Below are positions 55,948-64,000 of a stretch of 64,000 bases of DNA, piece by piece. The DNA comes from an uncultured Clostridia bacterium (GTDB lineage: Bacteria; Bacillota; Clostridia; Christensenellales; UBA1242). The stretch lies in NCBI GenBank assembly GCA_947624415.1, contig CANQKH010000006.1, forward strand, positions 13,910 to 77,909. Reading direction: 5' to 3'. Numbering within the stretch: the stretch's first letter is position 1; every line of letters starts with the position of its first letter. The notes under the pieces were generated by a model that saw only the letters and a list, made by a program, of their open reading frames with translations, did no database searches and was not told where the DNA came from. Position numbers and translations under genes: made by a program.

Positions 55948-55976
55948 ATTATATCATTTATAATATTTACTGTCAA
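55948..55976 (-). promoter_or_regulatory. perfect consensus promoter of member B
   Basis: Minus strand TTGACA (55976-55971), 17 nt, TATAAT (55953-55948). Confidence 0.65.
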
Positions 55977-56148
55977 TAGGATTTTTTTTGATTTTAAAGC
56001 ACATTACAACCTTTTGCGAAGGCAAAAATTTGTATAAGAATGAATAATAAAATGACCTTTATTTAAAGAAATCGCAGAGATTTTAATATTTTTAAAATAT
56101 GCTTTTTTATTTAAAAAAATTATGATATAATGCTTAAAAGGAGTTGCT

Positions 56149-56484
56149 ATGGATACAAGAAATTTTATTGGGAAAAAAGTATATGTTGAAATAGACAGAC
56201 CACTTGGGAGCAGACATCCACAATATGGAAATATTTATCCTTTAAATTATGGCTTTGTTCCAAACACCATTTCGGGAGATGGTGCAGAAATTGATGCATA
56301 TATTTTGGGGGAATTTGAACCCCTTGAAGATTTTGAGGGAGTTGTCATTGCAGTAATAAGAAGAACAAATGACAATGATGATAAACTTGTTGTTGTGCGA
56401 GAGGGCAAAACATATAACGAAGACCAAATCAAGGCTTTGACAGAGTTTCAAGAGCGTTACTTCAATTCTAAGATTATTTTTTAA
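56149..56484 (+). CDS. truncated family I inorganic pyrophosphatase-like protein
   Basis: YPLNYGFVPNT and GDGAEIDAYILG resemble the PPase YPxNYGFIPxT / DGDPLDVLVL motifs, but the second Asp is replaced; only 111 aa. Confidence 0.5.
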   Translation: MDTRNFIGKKVYVEIDRPLGSRHPQYGNIYPLNYGFVPNTISGDGAEIDAYILGEFEPLEDFEGVVIAVIRRTNDNDDKLVVVREGKTYNEDQIKALTEFQERYFNSKIIF

Positions 56485-56574
56485 AACCCTTTATTTATCA
56501 AAAAAATGCACCTCCTAAGTTGTCTAACTTTTGGGGTGCAGTTCATTTTTGGGGTGCACTTTAATTTTTTTTCT

Positions 56575-57144
56575 TTATGCTTTCTCAATTTCTGTAGATT
56601 TAATGTCTGTAGTTTCAGTTTCTTTTGGCTCTTCTTTAGACTCTTTTTCCTTCTTTTCTTTTAAGGCTTTTTGTATTTCTTTTATTCTTTTTTCTTCATC
56701 TTTTATTCTTTTACGCTCTGCCAATGCTGCACTAAACTCGCTCAAGAAAGATTCATCGCCTTTATTAAAAATAACATCAGATAAAAGAACCCCGCCTGCG
56801 ACGGGCACGAAAGGAAAGGGAACAATCATAAAGAGACCTTTGTTTGAATCCTTCTTTGCAGTTTCGTATTTTTCGCCAAAGACTTCCTTTGCTGCATTTT
56901 CCTTTAAAGTGTTTACTTGCTGTCTGTAAGCATCATAGTCAACACTTCCTTCATTGAATTTGTTATTTAAAACTGATAAATCATCTTGAATATACTCGTT
57001 AACTTCAGGTGAAGAAAGCATATTGCTAACATCCTTTTCTGCATTGCTTCCCACTTTTCCAGCGACTACCATTCCGGCAATCCCGCCTGCCATTATTCCG
57101 GCTGCAGTAACCATTTCTATTGTTTTAAGTATTCCTTTTTTCAT
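56575..57144 (-). CDS. two-TM membrane protein, paralog family member C (long K/E-rich tail)
   Basis: 189 aa from ATG 57144 (AAGGAG RBS). Confidence 0.6.
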   Translation of the reverse strand: MKKGILKTIEMVTAAGIMAGGIAGMVVAGKVGSNAEKDVSNMLSSPEVNEYIQDDLSVLNNKFNEGSVDYDAYRQQVNTLKENAAKEVFGEKYETAKKDSNKGLFMIVPFPFVPVAGGVLLSDVIFNKGDESFLSEFSAALAERKRIKDEEKRIKEIQKALKEKKEKESKEEPKETETTDIKSTEIEKA

Positions 57145-57163
57145 GGTTTTCTCCTTTATTGAA

Positions 57164-57192
57164 ATTATATCATTAATTAAATTTGTTGTCAA
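57164..57192 (-). promoter_or_regulatory. perfect consensus promoter of member C
   Basis: Minus strand TTGACA (57192-57187), 17 nt, TATAAT (57169-57164). Confidence 0.65.
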
Positions 57193-57261
57193 TAGGTTTT
57201 AAAAAAATACAGTCCAAAATTTTTGACAAGGCAAAGGTCATATTTACTTTAAAAATTTAAT

Positions 57262-57696
57262 TTATCTTCTCCCAATAAGTTTATCAATTGAGCCACCAAG
57301 ATTTGAGGCAATATAGCAAATAATGTTAAGCCTAGGTTTTGCCCCTGCCTTCCAATGTCTTATAACACTTTCATCAAAATTACTGTTTTTCATAAATTTA
57401 TAATTTGTCAAATTATTTTTATTTAAAAGAGATTGATAGTTATATAAAAACTTTGACATATCATAATAACAAGTTTTATATTTGCCCTCCTCTTTTTCTG
57501 TGCTAATTCCAAAAAGATAATCAAGTGAACAATTAAAATATAGTGCAAGTTTAAGTGCCAGGTCTATTGTTGGCGTTGAACCTCTTAAATATCGACTTAA
57601 CTGCATTGCATTGACTTTGCTTTCTATTGATATTTGGCGTAAAGATAACCCCTTTTCATCAATTAAATCTTTGAGAATTTCTACAAAACTTTCCAT
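57262..57696 (-). CDS. XRE-family HTH transcriptional regulator (tandem HTH-like halves)
   Basis: GLSLRQISIESKVNAMQLSRYLRGSTPTIDLALKLALYFNCSLDYLFG; divergent from the 57949 gene. Confidence 0.75.
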   Translation of the reverse strand: MESFVEILKDLIDEKGLSLRQISIESKVNAMQLSRYLRGSTPTIDLALKLALYFNCSLDYLFGISTEKEEGKYKTCYYDMSKFLYNYQSLLNKNNLTNYKFMKNSNFDESVIRHWKAGAKPRLNIICYIASNLGGSIDKLIGRR

Positions 57697-57948
57697 TTTT
57701 CCTTCTTTAAAAACATCTTTTAAATTACTTTTATTTTATAGGAAATTGTGTTACAATACTTGTGTATAACAGATATGCCTAGTGTGTGTTATAAAAATTT
57801 TTATATTCAAAGGGGATATTAAAAAAAGGCAAAAAATTTTTTGCAAAGGGCGACAATGTTTAAAAAACTCAAAAAAATTTTTATTATGCTTGTCGAAATC
57901 CATTTTTTGGGACATCGTGTATGATATAAATATAACAAAGGAGGAGTT

Positions 57949-59718
57949 ATGGAAATTGATTTTTTGAAAGGGGAATATGTGCTTGTGGACAAACAGCATT
58001 TACCTTTCACCGTTAAAGGGAAAAATGAACTTATTTTATTTAAACAAAAAGAAGGTTGCGACTATTATGCTTTTGAAAGTGGGCAGTTAAGTGATGAAGA
58101 GGGCAAATTTTTTAAATTTTGTATGCGTGCCGTCCATCCTGTATTTTATCAATTTAAATATGGTGATGATTTCTTCAGCGAGGCAAAGGAGTTTCATGAA
58201 GATAACGAGGCATACAGGCTTTCAGAGGGACTGGAATCGCAAAGTTATGATTATGATTTTAAAAACTTTGAGTTAAATGCAGAAAAAGAATTTCAAGAGG
58301 GTCTGGGAGAAAACAGACTATATCCTGCCATAGTTGTAAAAAAGGGTGGCATAAGATGGAAACAATATAATGACTTTATGAGAGATAGCCTTGCTGTGGG
58401 CGATAACAAAATGATTTTGGAGGAACTTAAACGACACAGCATTGCATTATTTTGTTTGGAGCAGGACGGGACTCTTACACTTTTGCGTCATTTTACACAA
58501 GATTTAAGTTATTATATTTTGCGTGGGAAGGATGAAATTGGAAATTTAATTGAATTAAATTATGGCTCAATAAAAATTCTACTAGATTGCGGAAAAGAGT
58601 TGAATGAAAATTTAGAGGAGGACAGCGAACTTGAAAAAATGGTGCTGTCGAAAAATTATGATGGGGTTTTAATTAGTCATTATCATATTGACCATGCCGG
58701 GCTTGTCGGCAAAGTTAAATGTCCGATATATATGGGAAAGGGATGTCTCAAAGTTTTAAATGCTCAAAATAATTACAAGAATGAGCCACTTCTAAAAAAT
58801 ATAAACTGCTTTGAGCCAAACGAGGAGTTTGCAATAAAGAAGAATGGCTTTGAAATTAAAGTCAAGCCAATTCTTGTTGACCATTCGGCATATGACAGTT
58901 ATATGTTTTTGATACGTGGTGGCGGAAAGACATTGCTCTATACAGGTGATTTTCGTGCACATGGAAGAAAAAACTTTTCCCAAACCCTTAAAAATTTGCC
59001 AAACAAGGTGGATGTTTTGATTTGCGAAGCCACCAATATGTTCTGCCCAAATGAAAATATGCTTGAAGAGGAAGTTGAGATGAAGGCTACTCAATTAATG
59101 AAGGACTACAAACACGTCTTTGTCTTCCAAGCAGGGACAAATATTGACAGGCTTGTTTCTTTTTACAAGGCAAGTATAAAAAACAAAAAGGTGTTTTTAA
59201 TGGACACGTATGTGTCGGGGATTTGCGAAAACTTGCCAAATATTCCAAATCCAAAAACATTTAAAGATGTTTATTGCTTCTGGGATGTGCCAAAACGATT
59301 TGGCAGAGATGGTGTAAGGAAATATGAAATTGACTGGCGACAGTTTCACAAATTAAACAAGGGACTTGGCTATTGCGATGTGGGAAGCCCAAAAAATGAA
59401 AATTTTGGCGACCTGTCAAACTTCACTATGATTGTTAGGCCATCAATGCTAAATTATTTGAAAAGGGCAGACGAAGACAAATTGTCAAGATTTAAAACTT
59501 CAATTTTCGATAATTCAATTTTAATTTACTCACTTTGGCAGGGCTACAAAGAAAAAGATGATGTTAAAAGTTTTCTTGAAGAAATGGAAAAAATGGGAGT
59601 TAAAATTGTTGACCTTCACACAAGTGGGCACTGCGACAAACAAACAATTGATAGACTTAAACAAAAAGTCAATCCAAGCATTATTGAATATGTCCACTTT
59701 ATAAAAAAGGCATTATAA
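57949..59718 (+). CDS. beta-CASP-type MBL-fold nuclease with ~200-aa N-terminal domain of unknown function
   Basis: LLDCG, ISHYHIDHAG (HxHxDH), VDHS, YTGDF, CEAT, late DLHTSGH; AAGGAGG RBS. Confidence 0.65.
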   Translation: MEIDFLKGEYVLVDKQHLPFTVKGKNELILFKQKEGCDYYAFESGQLSDEEGKFFKFCMRAVHPVFYQFKYGDDFFSEAKEFHEDNEAYRLSEGLESQSYDYDFKNFELNAEKEFQEGLGENRLYPAIVVKKGGIRWKQYNDFMRDSLAVGDNKMILEELKRHSIALFCLEQDGTLTLLRHFTQDLSYYILRGKDEIGNLIELNYGSIKILLDCGKELNENLEEDSELEKMVLSKNYDGVLISHYHIDHAGLVGKVKCPIYMGKGCLKVLNAQNNYKNEPLLKNINCFEPNEEFAIKKNGFEIKVKPILVDHSAYDSYMFLIRGGGKTLLYTGDFRAHGRKNFSQTLKNLPNKVDVLICEATNMFCPNENMLEEEVEMKATQLMKDYKHVFVFQAGTNIDRLVSFYKASIKNKKVFLMDTYVSGICENLPNIPNPKTFKDVYCFWDVPKRFGRDGVRKYEIDWRQFHKLNKGLGYCDVGSPKNENFGDLSNFTMIVRPSMLNYLKRADEDKLSRFKTSIFDNSILIYSLWQGYKEKDDVKSFLEEMEKMGVKIVDLHTSGHCDKQTIDRLKQKVNPSIIEYVHFIKKAL

Positions 59719-59798
59719 TTTATCAAAATTTAAAATTGTTTGCAAAATCCTTTTGCTTATAATTCAAATGTGCTAATATATAATAAAGGAGAAAGTCT

Positions 59799-60788
59799 AT
59801 GATTAATGGCGAGAAGAAAGGCTCAATACTTTACGTCCTTGAAATATTAAAAAGGTATACTGACAAAAATCACTCGCTTACATACTCACAAATCCTTGAA
59901 AAACTCGAAAACGAATATGACTTGGCTATTGACAGAAAAACTGTTGCTCGCGATATTGATATTTTGTCTTCATTTGGATATGAGATAATAAAGAGAGGAA
60001 ATTATGGTGTTTACTTAGGTTTTCGAGACTTTGAGGAAGGGCAGTTGAGATTTTTGGTTGATGCCATATATTCCTCAAGGTCAATGCCAACTCAATATGC
60101 ACGCGAACTTGTCAAGCAACTCACAAAAGACCACAGCATATATGACAGGAGAAAATTTCAACATCTTGAAAAAATTGATGATGATGTAAGGTCTGACAGC
60201 CGTCAATTATTTCTTACAATTGAGTTGCTAGAGGATGCTATAAGCGGGGGCAAGAAAGTTGAATTTCAATATAACGCATATGGCACAAACAAAAAATTGA
60301 AGCCTAAAAAAGATGGAAAGATTTACAAAATCAATCCCTATTATATGGTAAACACGCATGGCAACTATTATCTTGTTTGCAATTATGACAAATATGACAA
60401 TCTTGGCAATTACAAAATTGAATTTATTTCCGATTTAAAGATTTTGGATGAACCCGTCAAGCCACTTTCTTCCCTGCCTGGACAAGAAAATTTTTCAATA
60501 AAAGATTACATAAAAGAGCATATTTATATGAATGCCGGCGAGTCGGTTGAGGCAAAAATTAAGATTGATGACGAGGGAAAAGTTAGTGATATTATAAGTT
60601 GGTTTGGCAATAGGGTTGGAATATTTTTTGAAAATGACAAATTGTATGCAAGCATACGTGTCAATGAAAATTCCCTTATTTATTGGGCACTTCAATATGG
60701 ACAATCGGTTGAGGTCGTCGAGCCTGCATCGACCCGTGAAAAAATTTTAAATATTTTAGATAAAATGGTTGAAAAATACAAAAATTAG
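59799..60788 (+). CDS. WYL-domain transcriptional regulator (wHTH-WYL-C-terminal extension)
   Basis: N-terminal wHTH ILYVLEILKRYTD...TYSQILEKLE...IDRKTVARDIDIL; WYL-type core YKINPYYMVNTHGNYYLVCNYDKYDNLGNYKIEFI. Confidence 0.7.
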   Translation: MINGEKKGSILYVLEILKRYTDKNHSLTYSQILEKLENEYDLAIDRKTVARDIDILSSFGYEIIKRGNYGVYLGFRDFEEGQLRFLVDAIYSSRSMPTQYARELVKQLTKDHSIYDRRKFQHLEKIDDDVRSDSRQLFLTIELLEDAISGGKKVEFQYNAYGTNKKLKPKKDGKIYKINPYYMVNTHGNYYLVCNYDKYDNLGNYKIEFISDLKILDEPVKPLSSLPGQENFSIKDYIKEHIYMNAGESVEAKIKIDDEGKVSDIISWFGNRVGIFFENDKLYASIRVNENSLIYWALQYGQSVEVVEPASTREKILNILDKMVEKYKN

Positions 60789-60798
60789 GAGAAAAATT

Positions 60799-60993
60799 AT
60801 GAAAATTAAGCAAAAAATCAAGAAATTTTTGAATATTCAAACAAAATTACCAAAAAAAATTGAAATTAATGACAATCAAAATGCCAATTATATAAACAAG
60901 CCACGCGAAGAGTTTGACAAAGTTGAAAAGAGAAAAATTTACTTGCCAAATGAAAATGTTGACGATTTAGACACATTTGAAAATGATTTATAA
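60799..60993 (+). CDS. small hypothetical protein
   Basis: 64 aa from ATG 60799 (AGGAG RBS); basic N-terminus, acidic C-terminus. Confidence 0.4.
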   Translation: MKIKQKIKKFLNIQTKLPKKIEINDNQNANYINKPREEFDKVEKRKIYLPNENVDDLDTFENDL

Positions 60994-61004
60994 GGAGGAA
61001 AATT

Positions 61005-61700
61005 ATGAAATTAAAAAGTAGAAAAGAATATTATGATATTGACCCTTTGCTCCCTGAGGTTTTGGAGTTTGCAGTAGTCCAACAGATATTGTCAATAACC
61101 TCAATCCAACGTGCATTTCAAATAGGTTATCCACGTGCTGCAAAACTTATGGACCGCTTAGTGGAAGAGGGACTTGTTGACAGTGCTAATGATGGCCCTA
61201 AAAAAGTTTTGGTGTCCAAAAAAGAATATTGCCGTGCATACAGAATTTTGCCATCAAGGCTCAAAGAAGTTGAAAACCGCGTCTCAACTTCGCCAAAGCC
61301 TAGAAAGGGAACTGTTAGACTTGAAAAACTAAAACTTGACAAAGTTAAATTTTATGACGAGTTTGACAAAGTAGTTGATGAAGAGTGTCAAAAAGAATTA
61401 AACAAAATCCTTCTTGACATCTTATGCCAAGAGGCACTTGTCAATCTTTCAAGTGATTTCCTTCTTGATTTTTTAAGGAAAAAGAAATATAAAGTTAAAT
61501 ATTTAAGGCTTAACCTTGATGATATAAGTGGAATTTTTAGGGCAGTTGAAAAAATCAATTCTCCTGTTATTTATGTTATTGATGTTGCAACAGGCAACGT
61601 AATGGAAATATTGGAACAAACTAATTTGCTTGTAATAGAGGGAGCGATTGTTATGAGAAAAAATGACGATGAACAATCGAGGCTTACAATCTTTTATTAA
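61005..61700 (+). CDS. protein with N-terminal FtsK-gamma-type winged helix, unknown C-terminal domain
   Basis: DPLLPEVLEFAVVQQILSITSIQRAFQIGYPRAAKLMDRLVEEGLVDSANDGPKKVLVS closely follows the FtsK gamma pattern (DPL..A..fV......S.S.lQR...IGY.RAArl.d.lE..GiV......k.R.VL). Confidence 0.65.
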   Translation: MKLKSRKEYYDIDPLLPEVLEFAVVQQILSITSIQRAFQIGYPRAAKLMDRLVEEGLVDSANDGPKKVLVSKKEYCRAYRILPSRLKEVENRVSTSPKPRKGTVRLEKLKLDKVKFYDEFDKVVDEECQKELNKILLDILCQEALVNLSSDFLLDFLRKKKYKVKYLRLNLDDISGIFRAVEKINSPVIYVIDVATGNVMEILEQTNLLVIEGAIVMRKNDDEQSRLTIFY

Positions 61701-61806
61701 TTTTCAAAAGTCTAATTTATCAATCTTCTTTTCATTTGGTCAATTTGTATAAACAAAAAAGGGGCAAACCATTTGAAAAAAGATGTAATTTAATTAAGGA
61801 GACGTT

Positions 61807-62112
61807 ATGAAAGATAACATACCTTTTTCAAAATTTTATGAATACTATAAACAAGAAGAGGATACAAAATTTCAATTCTCAAAGGAAAAAACAAACAGAC
61901 AGACACAGTGGCTTAATGCCATGGCGGATGTTACTTGGGAAGACCTAGAAAGCCTAAAACCCGATGAAATGATTAAAATTCCAATAGCATGGATTTATGA
62001 TTGGACTCATGTAACTGCGAATTATATCTTACAAGACCAAGTCCAGTCCCTTTATAATAGATATCACTTGCCAATTTATTCAATAAAAGAATATTTGTCC
62101 TTTTTTAAGTGA
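61807..62112 (+). CDS. hypothetical protein
   Basis: 101-aa ORF with AAGGAG RBS. Confidence 0.4.
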   Translation: MKDNIPFSKFYEYYKQEEDTKFQFSKEKTNRQTQWLNAMADVTWEDLESLKPDEMIKIPIAWIYDWTHVTANYILQDQVQSLYNRYHLPIYSIKEYLSFFK

Positions 62113-62187
62113 TAGGAAATTTTGTTTCTTTAAAAATGGACAAGCGGGCGGAAAAAGTTGTGATTTAGAAAAAAAAAAGGAGTGAAT

Positions 62188-62826
62188 ATGGAAGGAGAAT
62201 TTGACGAAAAACTCTGCTTGTGTATTGGAAATTACATTTGGCAGGGAAAGGTTGAGGGGATTTTGCTTGCTGATGGAAAGTTTGTTGAAGATTTGGACAA
62301 TTTCCCCGGCCTTTTGATGGGCGAAAAATTTAAGGATAAATCTATTGACGAAAAGAAAGAATTTTTGCACCAATGTGTTATTGGAAACACCAGCAGAACT
62401 TTTATTTTAAACGTTTTGGCCTTAAAACACCTTTCACGAATTCTTAACAGTGAAGCACATGGCCAACTCGATAACTTTTGGCAATCTCGCCTTGATAAAT
62501 TTACACTTTTTGGGCGTGGCGATGAAAATAAATTATTTGATAAAATCAATTTGGGGCAAACGATTGGGCTTGTCGAAACTCTTTTGAGGGAGGATGACGA
62601 TTTTATAAATTTATTTGAAAAGGCCTTTTGCAAGGAGGGCAGTCTCAATAGAGAAAATATTGTAAAGGTGGTTACTTCAATATTGACTTGCAGTCCCACG
62701 CTTGAATTTGCAGTTACTTTATTTATTTTTAAATATATTTCAAATGCCCTAGAAAACAGCAAGGCAGAATTTATTGACGATGAAGAGTTTGTCAAGATGA
62801 TAGAAAAAATTTCAAAAATTTTGTAA
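62188..62826 (+). CDS. hypothetical protein
   Basis: 212 aa from ATG 62188 (AGGAG RBS preceded by an A10 run). Confidence 0.4.
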   Translation: MEGEFDEKLCLCIGNYIWQGKVEGILLADGKFVEDLDNFPGLLMGEKFKDKSIDEKKEFLHQCVIGNTSRTFILNVLALKHLSRILNSEAHGQLDNFWQSRLDKFTLFGRGDENKLFDKINLGQTIGLVETLLREDDDFINLFEKAFCKEGSLNRENIVKVVTSILTCSPTLEFAVTLFIFKYISNALENSKAEFIDDEEFVKMIEKISKIL

Positions 62827-62932
62827 AATTAAAGAAAATTACTAAAAAAAACAAAAAAAAGAGTAAAAAAACGCAAAAAAAAGGAAATTTTTGAAGAAAG
62901 TGAAGGCGTAGACAAAAATTTATGGAGGAAGC

Positions 62933-63529
62933 ATGGAAGAAAATTTAACAATAAAAATTGGAGAAATCATAAACGGCAAAGCAGTTGATCTAGATTTAAA
63001 TGCAATCAAAAATTTGCTTGTTGTAGGAAAAGTTGGAAGGGGCAAAACAATTTTTCTAAAACAATTTTTATCAAATTTTAAAAACACAAATGCTAATGTC
63101 TTGGTCTTTGACCCAAAGGGTGTTGAATATAATGATGAAACAAATTGCAAAGTAATAACTACAATGGAGGAGGCAAAAGACACTTTGCAATCTTTACAGC
63201 AAAAAATTAAAGATGGCAATTTGGACACCACAATTTTTGTCGTCGACGAAAGTGCCGATTATCTTTTGGAAGATGGCAAAACCAAAAGAATTATGTGCAA
63301 AATTTTTGAAAATGGGTGTAAAGGGGGAATTTTGCCTGTTTTTGCGACATATAATTTTAAATTTTTACCCAAAAAACTTTTAAAAAGCGTAAATTGTATG
63401 GTTGCTTTTGATTATCAAGATAACACTTTGCTAAAAAATAACACCATGTCAGAACTAGAAAAATATGAAAGCATTTTTTATAAAAAGGGAGTTTTGCTCA
63501 CCCAATTAAAACCTGTCAAAATGTATTAA
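62933..63529 (+). CDS. minimal FtsK/SpoIIIE-like P-loop ATPase (198 aa)
   Basis: VDLDLNAIKNLLVVGKVGRGKT (Walker A in FtsK-like context), VLVFDPKGVEY, Walker B IFVVDESADYL, ILPVFATYN. Confidence 0.6.
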   Translation: MEENLTIKIGEIINGKAVDLDLNAIKNLLVVGKVGRGKTIFLKQFLSNFKNTNANVLVFDPKGVEYNDETNCKVITTMEEAKDTLQSLQQKIKDGNLDTTIFVVDESADYLLEDGKTKRIMCKIFENGCKGGILPVFATYNFKFLPKKLLKSVNCMVAFDYQDNTLLKNNTMSELEKYESIFYKKGVLLTQLKPVKMY

Positions 63530-63568
63530 TTCCCCTCTTGCCAACTAATAATAAATTTGGAGGAAAAT

Positions 63569-63979
63569 ATGAAAACAATAAAAGCGGGTTGTTTCTTAGT
63601 AAACAAAGAAAATAAAACGGTTGCAATAATTTATAGGACAAAACAGCAAGACTACTCTTTCCCTAAAGGTCATCTCGAAGAAGGTGAGGATATAGAGACG
63701 TGTGCTTTAAGAGAAACGGCAGAAGAAACAAAAAGAGAAGGCGAAATCGTAAAAGAATTTGAGCCATATATTGAAAGTTATACAACGCCAAGTGGCGAGG
63801 AGTGTCTTTGCTATATGTTTATAGCCTTAGACAAGGGGAAAAGTGATAACGACAGCACCGACACCCATGAAGTTCATTGGATTCCTTTTGAGGAAGTTGA
63901 AGATAAATTATCTTATCCAAGTCTTAAAAGCACATGGAACAGCGTTAAAGATAATGTTTTAAAAGTTTTGGAAAATTAA
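63569..63979 (+). CDS. Nudix hydrolase
   Basis: Nudix box GHLEEGEDIETCALRETAEETKREG; GGAGG before the ATG at 63569. Confidence 0.75.
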   Translation: MKTIKAGCFLVNKENKTVAIIYRTKQQDYSFPKGHLEEGEDIETCALRETAEETKREGEIVKEFEPYIESYTTPSGEECLCYMFIALDKGKSDNDSTDTHEVHWIPFEEVEDKLSYPSLKSTWNSVKDNVLKVLEN

Positions 63980-64000
63980 TGTTTTTTAAATTCACTGATT

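Noticed and set aside
55926-57192. N-terminal extensions MTVNIINDII... (to 55976) and MTTNLINDII... (to 57192) in the ORF track
   Set aside because: The TTG start and following codons are the TTGACA-17-TATAAT promoters themselves. Downstream ATGs at 55925 and 57144 have AAGGAG Shine-Dalgarno sequences.
54825-64000. Integrative conjugative element or prophage, given XRE, WYL, FtsK-like ATPase and small membrane proteins
   Set aside because: No integrase, relaxase, replication initiator, att-like direct repeats or tRNA target are visible in the window. This remains possible if such genes lie beyond 64000.

Overview
Visibly AT-rich chromosomal window from a low-GC Gram-positive-type (Bacillota-like) bacterium. 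It uses the standard code: TGA terminates dnaN and dnaA at normal lengths. The window covers the replication-origin neighbourhood. khpB(jag)-yidC-yidD-rnpA-rpmH-dut lie on the minus strand, followed by dnaN(+), dnaA(-) and recF(+). After that come mostly plus-strand housekeeping genes (tilS, DegV, mnmE, dapAB, xth, Trk/Ktr K+ uptake, a MOP flippase, Nudix/HAD/GNAT enzymes) mixed with many lineage-specific hypothetical proteins. I saw no rRNA, tRNA, CRISPR array, transposase, integrase or reverse transcriptase. Six observations stand out. (1) dnaN is bracketed by ~0.5-kb inverted repeats that carry DnaA-box-like clusters, and it is convergent with dnaA. (2) A modular hairpin repeat family with 66-68-bp periodicity occurs at the origin and again at 20.2-20.7 kb, and it supplies the last codons of dnaA and of an AraC-family gene. 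(3) A TROVE+vWA (Ro60/Rsr-like) gene is preceded by two tandem Y-RNA-like structured RNAs with compensatory stem changes. (4) A gene cluster at 57-64 kb contains an XRE regulator, a beta-CASP MBL nuclease with an unknown N-terminal domain, a WYL regulator, several unknowns, and an FtsK-like protein split into a gamma-domain protein and a minimal ATPase. This is my best candidate for an undescribed system. (5) There are several paralogous families of unknown proteins. (6) There is a ~2,190-aa repeat-built surface protein and a 737-aa protein built from near-identical coiled-coil repeats. Several ORF-track starts are over-extended; I give corrected starts where an internal ATG has a clear Shine-Dalgarno sequence. 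All functional calls come from motif recognition by eye. No searches were run.
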